Origin: Intoshia linei
Lineage: Eukaryota; Animalia; Orthonectida
Assembly (NCBI GenBank): GCA_001642005.1
Contig: LWCA01000214.1
Span: forward strand, 1 to 39,713
Direction of reading: 5' to 3'
Length of the DNA stretch: 39,713 bases
The notes beneath the pieces are model-generated. The model was not told the DNA's origin, made no database searches, and was given only the letters and a program-made list of their open reading frames with translations. Shown one piece after another: positions 37,601 to 39,713 of the stretch (position 1 is the stretch's first letter; every line of letters begins with the position of its first letter). The position numbers were made by a program, and so were the translations under genes.

Positions 37601-37953
37601 TTATATACATTTTATTATATACCAACATTATTTAAAGTACAATGTTGATTATTATAATTTGATGTTTTATTTATTGGGTAGAAATTTTCAGCATTTAATT
37701 TAACATTCTAAATTGTAAAATGTAAAATGTTATAAAAAATGAAATGGATTTCAAAATTATAATATCAAATTTTTTTCGAAATTGTAGGATGAATTTAAGA
37801 ATGAAAAGTTAATTTTGTATTAATTTTATTTTAGATTCCGATTTATTAAACGAGATAATGGCTGCCGATAATAAAGACGTGAAATTATTATCTAGAATTG
37901 AACCTAGTTTAATAGTCAAATATATATCTTTAAAAGAAAAACAAATTAATTAA
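31687..37953 (+). CDS. RREB1: Ras-responsive element-binding protein 1 / hindsight-like C2H2 zinc-finger transcription factor, about 749 aa; exons 31687-31689 (ATG only, tentative), 31741-32054, 32090-32474, 34952-35153, 35403-35776, 36199-36460, 36505-36923, 36963-37077, 37539-37595, 37835-37953
   Basis: Diagnostic finger cluster [22 protein letters not shown]|[27 protein letters not shown]. CtBP-type motifs PINLS (36756) and PLDLS (36900). All junctions are GT-AG and phase-compatible. The terminal exons are less certain than the finger exons. Confidence 0.85.
32552..32658. mobile_element. Short Tigger-like MITE in the long RREB1 intron
   Basis: TA flanks; imperfect TIRs CAGTATACCCTCCGCTAT vs CAGTAAAACCTTCGTTAT. 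Confidence 0.5.
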
Positions 37954-39543
37954 TTTCCATTCAAAACACCAGGCGTTCAACATTGCTCAAATTTGTACAA
38001 TTGTCATAATTATTCTATAACATGTTAACATCTAATTTTAATATATTCTTAAAAATATCTTAAAATGTAAATATTATAATTACCAATCATCCAAGAATAC
38101 GAGTTATTCATTCTTTCTTACAGCTTATGTTATTGTTATTTATTGTTAAAGTTTTAAATTTAAATGAAATAAATGATTAAATTTATTGGTTACTTATTTT
38201 CATTGAATTTTTTAATTCATTTAACATGGAAAATTTTAATACAAAAAGGCTTGCGTCATAATTTATTATGTAGAAAACGATTTAAATCAGCTTAAAATTT
38301 AAATGTACATTGTACATCATATTTAGTCATTATGCAATATTTAAAACTGGATTTTCCTCAAAAGGGTTGAATATGAGTTGGTAATAAACTACAAAAATAG
38401 TTTTATGATTAAAACAGATAAAAAATGCAATTTATGAATCGTTTCTAACACTTTATATTTTTTAAAAAATATCTAAACAAGAAATTTATTATGATTTACG
38501 AGCAATTTTTGTGGGTCATTAAACTTTTTTAAAAAATTTATTTAGACATTATTCTATGCAAGATTTATCTAATAATTAGATTATAAATCCCTTCTGTTTA
38601 AATATTGCAAATGCTAAAAAATTATTTATATCCCAACAGGATATCTTTGTCGATTCTTCTTGAGAAAATTCACTTAAATTGTTTTTGATACAGATAAAAT
38701 TGTGAAATTTTGGTTGAAAATTAATAAAGATTACCCAATCTTTCAAATTTGGGCGTTAAACTGTTGCTTCTATTTTGTATCATATATCCTTGGAGACCAC
38801 CCTTTTCTCAATTAGTATATCTCAAATCTAAATAATCAAATCGTCTCAAGGTAGAATCTGATTTTGTTTATAAAATTTATAATATAATAAAAATTAATCA
38901 TTTCATGTAGTTAGTAGTAATAAATAGATAATTGTTGAATTTTGTTAGTTTATTAACTATACTATATTACAGGGGTCCGTCAAATTTAAAGTTTAAGGAC
39001 CACTGCTATAACCGTTAGAGTCATTTAATGTAGATGTAAATGAAAATATTATCCCTCCGTTAAAAATTAATTTTGCGAGTTATACATTATATATGTAGAA
39101 AAAATATCAATATTTCTATGAGATATTAATAATTTCCCTATAATTATAGGGAAACCCAGAATGGCGAGTTGGGGAGAGAATATTGTACAGTAGAAGCTCT
39201 ATATACTAAAATGATATTTTATTTCAATAAATAGAACATTTCAAGTATTGTGATTATTTACATTTAATTAATAATTTATTATAAAAAAGTTTCAACTGCT
39301 GCCATAAATATGTAATTTCTAATTCCCATGTCCATAGGTTTTAACACTGATGTATTTGTAGGAAGAAAAACCAATTTAATAAAAGTAGATCATTTCTCAT
39401 AATATGAGCTGTGCAGTTATCAATAAATAAGAGTATTTTGCGTTTTTCAATGGCAAGTTGCTTGTTAAAATTTATATTTAAAAAATTTCAAACAAATTCA
39501 AGTAATGTTAACAAATTTCATACAGAAATCAGCACGCGTTATT

Positions 39544-39713
39544 TTAACCCATTGAAATATTTTGACGCATTAATGCGTCATTTCTATTTTATGCATTGAG
39601 ACTAAATGACGCATTTTTGCGTCAAACGATTTGCCACGTATTATTCATATTCATTAAATATCAGTTCATATTAAAATACAAAATTATCATAATGAAAATT
39701 GTATATAAATACA
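39544..39713 (+). mobile_element. piggyBac-like element left end, running off the window
   Basis: TTAA|CCC at 39544-39550, followed by palindromes TGACGCATTAATGCGTCA (39563-39580) and TGACGCATTTTTGCGTCA (39607-39624) within a direct repeat of 44-bp spacing. Confidence 0.5.

Noticed and set aside
1-39713. Prokaryotic systems (CRISPR arrays, operons), tRNA or rRNA genes
   Set aside because: The sequence is eukaryotic, and I saw no regularly spaced repeat-spacer array or structural RNA gene.

Overview
AT-rich eukaryotic (metazoan) genomic window with GT-AG spliceosomal introns, many only 35-50 nt. That style suggests a compact invertebrate or parasite genome such as an orthonectid; this is an inference and cannot be confirmed here. 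The ORF track therefore shows only exon fragments. I reconstruct five host genes: EXOC2/Sec5 (minus strand, 5' exon only), CKAP5/XMAP215 (plus, 6 coding exons, about 2109 aa), an FBXO36-like F-box gene (plus, 7 small exons, absent from the ORF track), a shortened intronless ESF1 (minus), and a reduced RREB1/hindsight-like zinc-finger gene (plus, about 749 aa). Introns and the 12-kb ESF1-RREB1 spacer hold many DNA-transposon relics. These include a full-length decayed Tc1-like DD37E (TRT-type) element with IR/DR ends whose transposase gene carries two host-style mini-introns, a non-autonomous Helitron in two copies, hAT and Tigger-like MITEs, a hAT transposase remnant, a piggyBac-like end, and inverted repeat copies bracketing CKAP5 exon 3. 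A decayed voltage-gated cation channel fragment may lie at 23.8-24.8 kb. All family assignments come from recalled motifs; no database searches were run.
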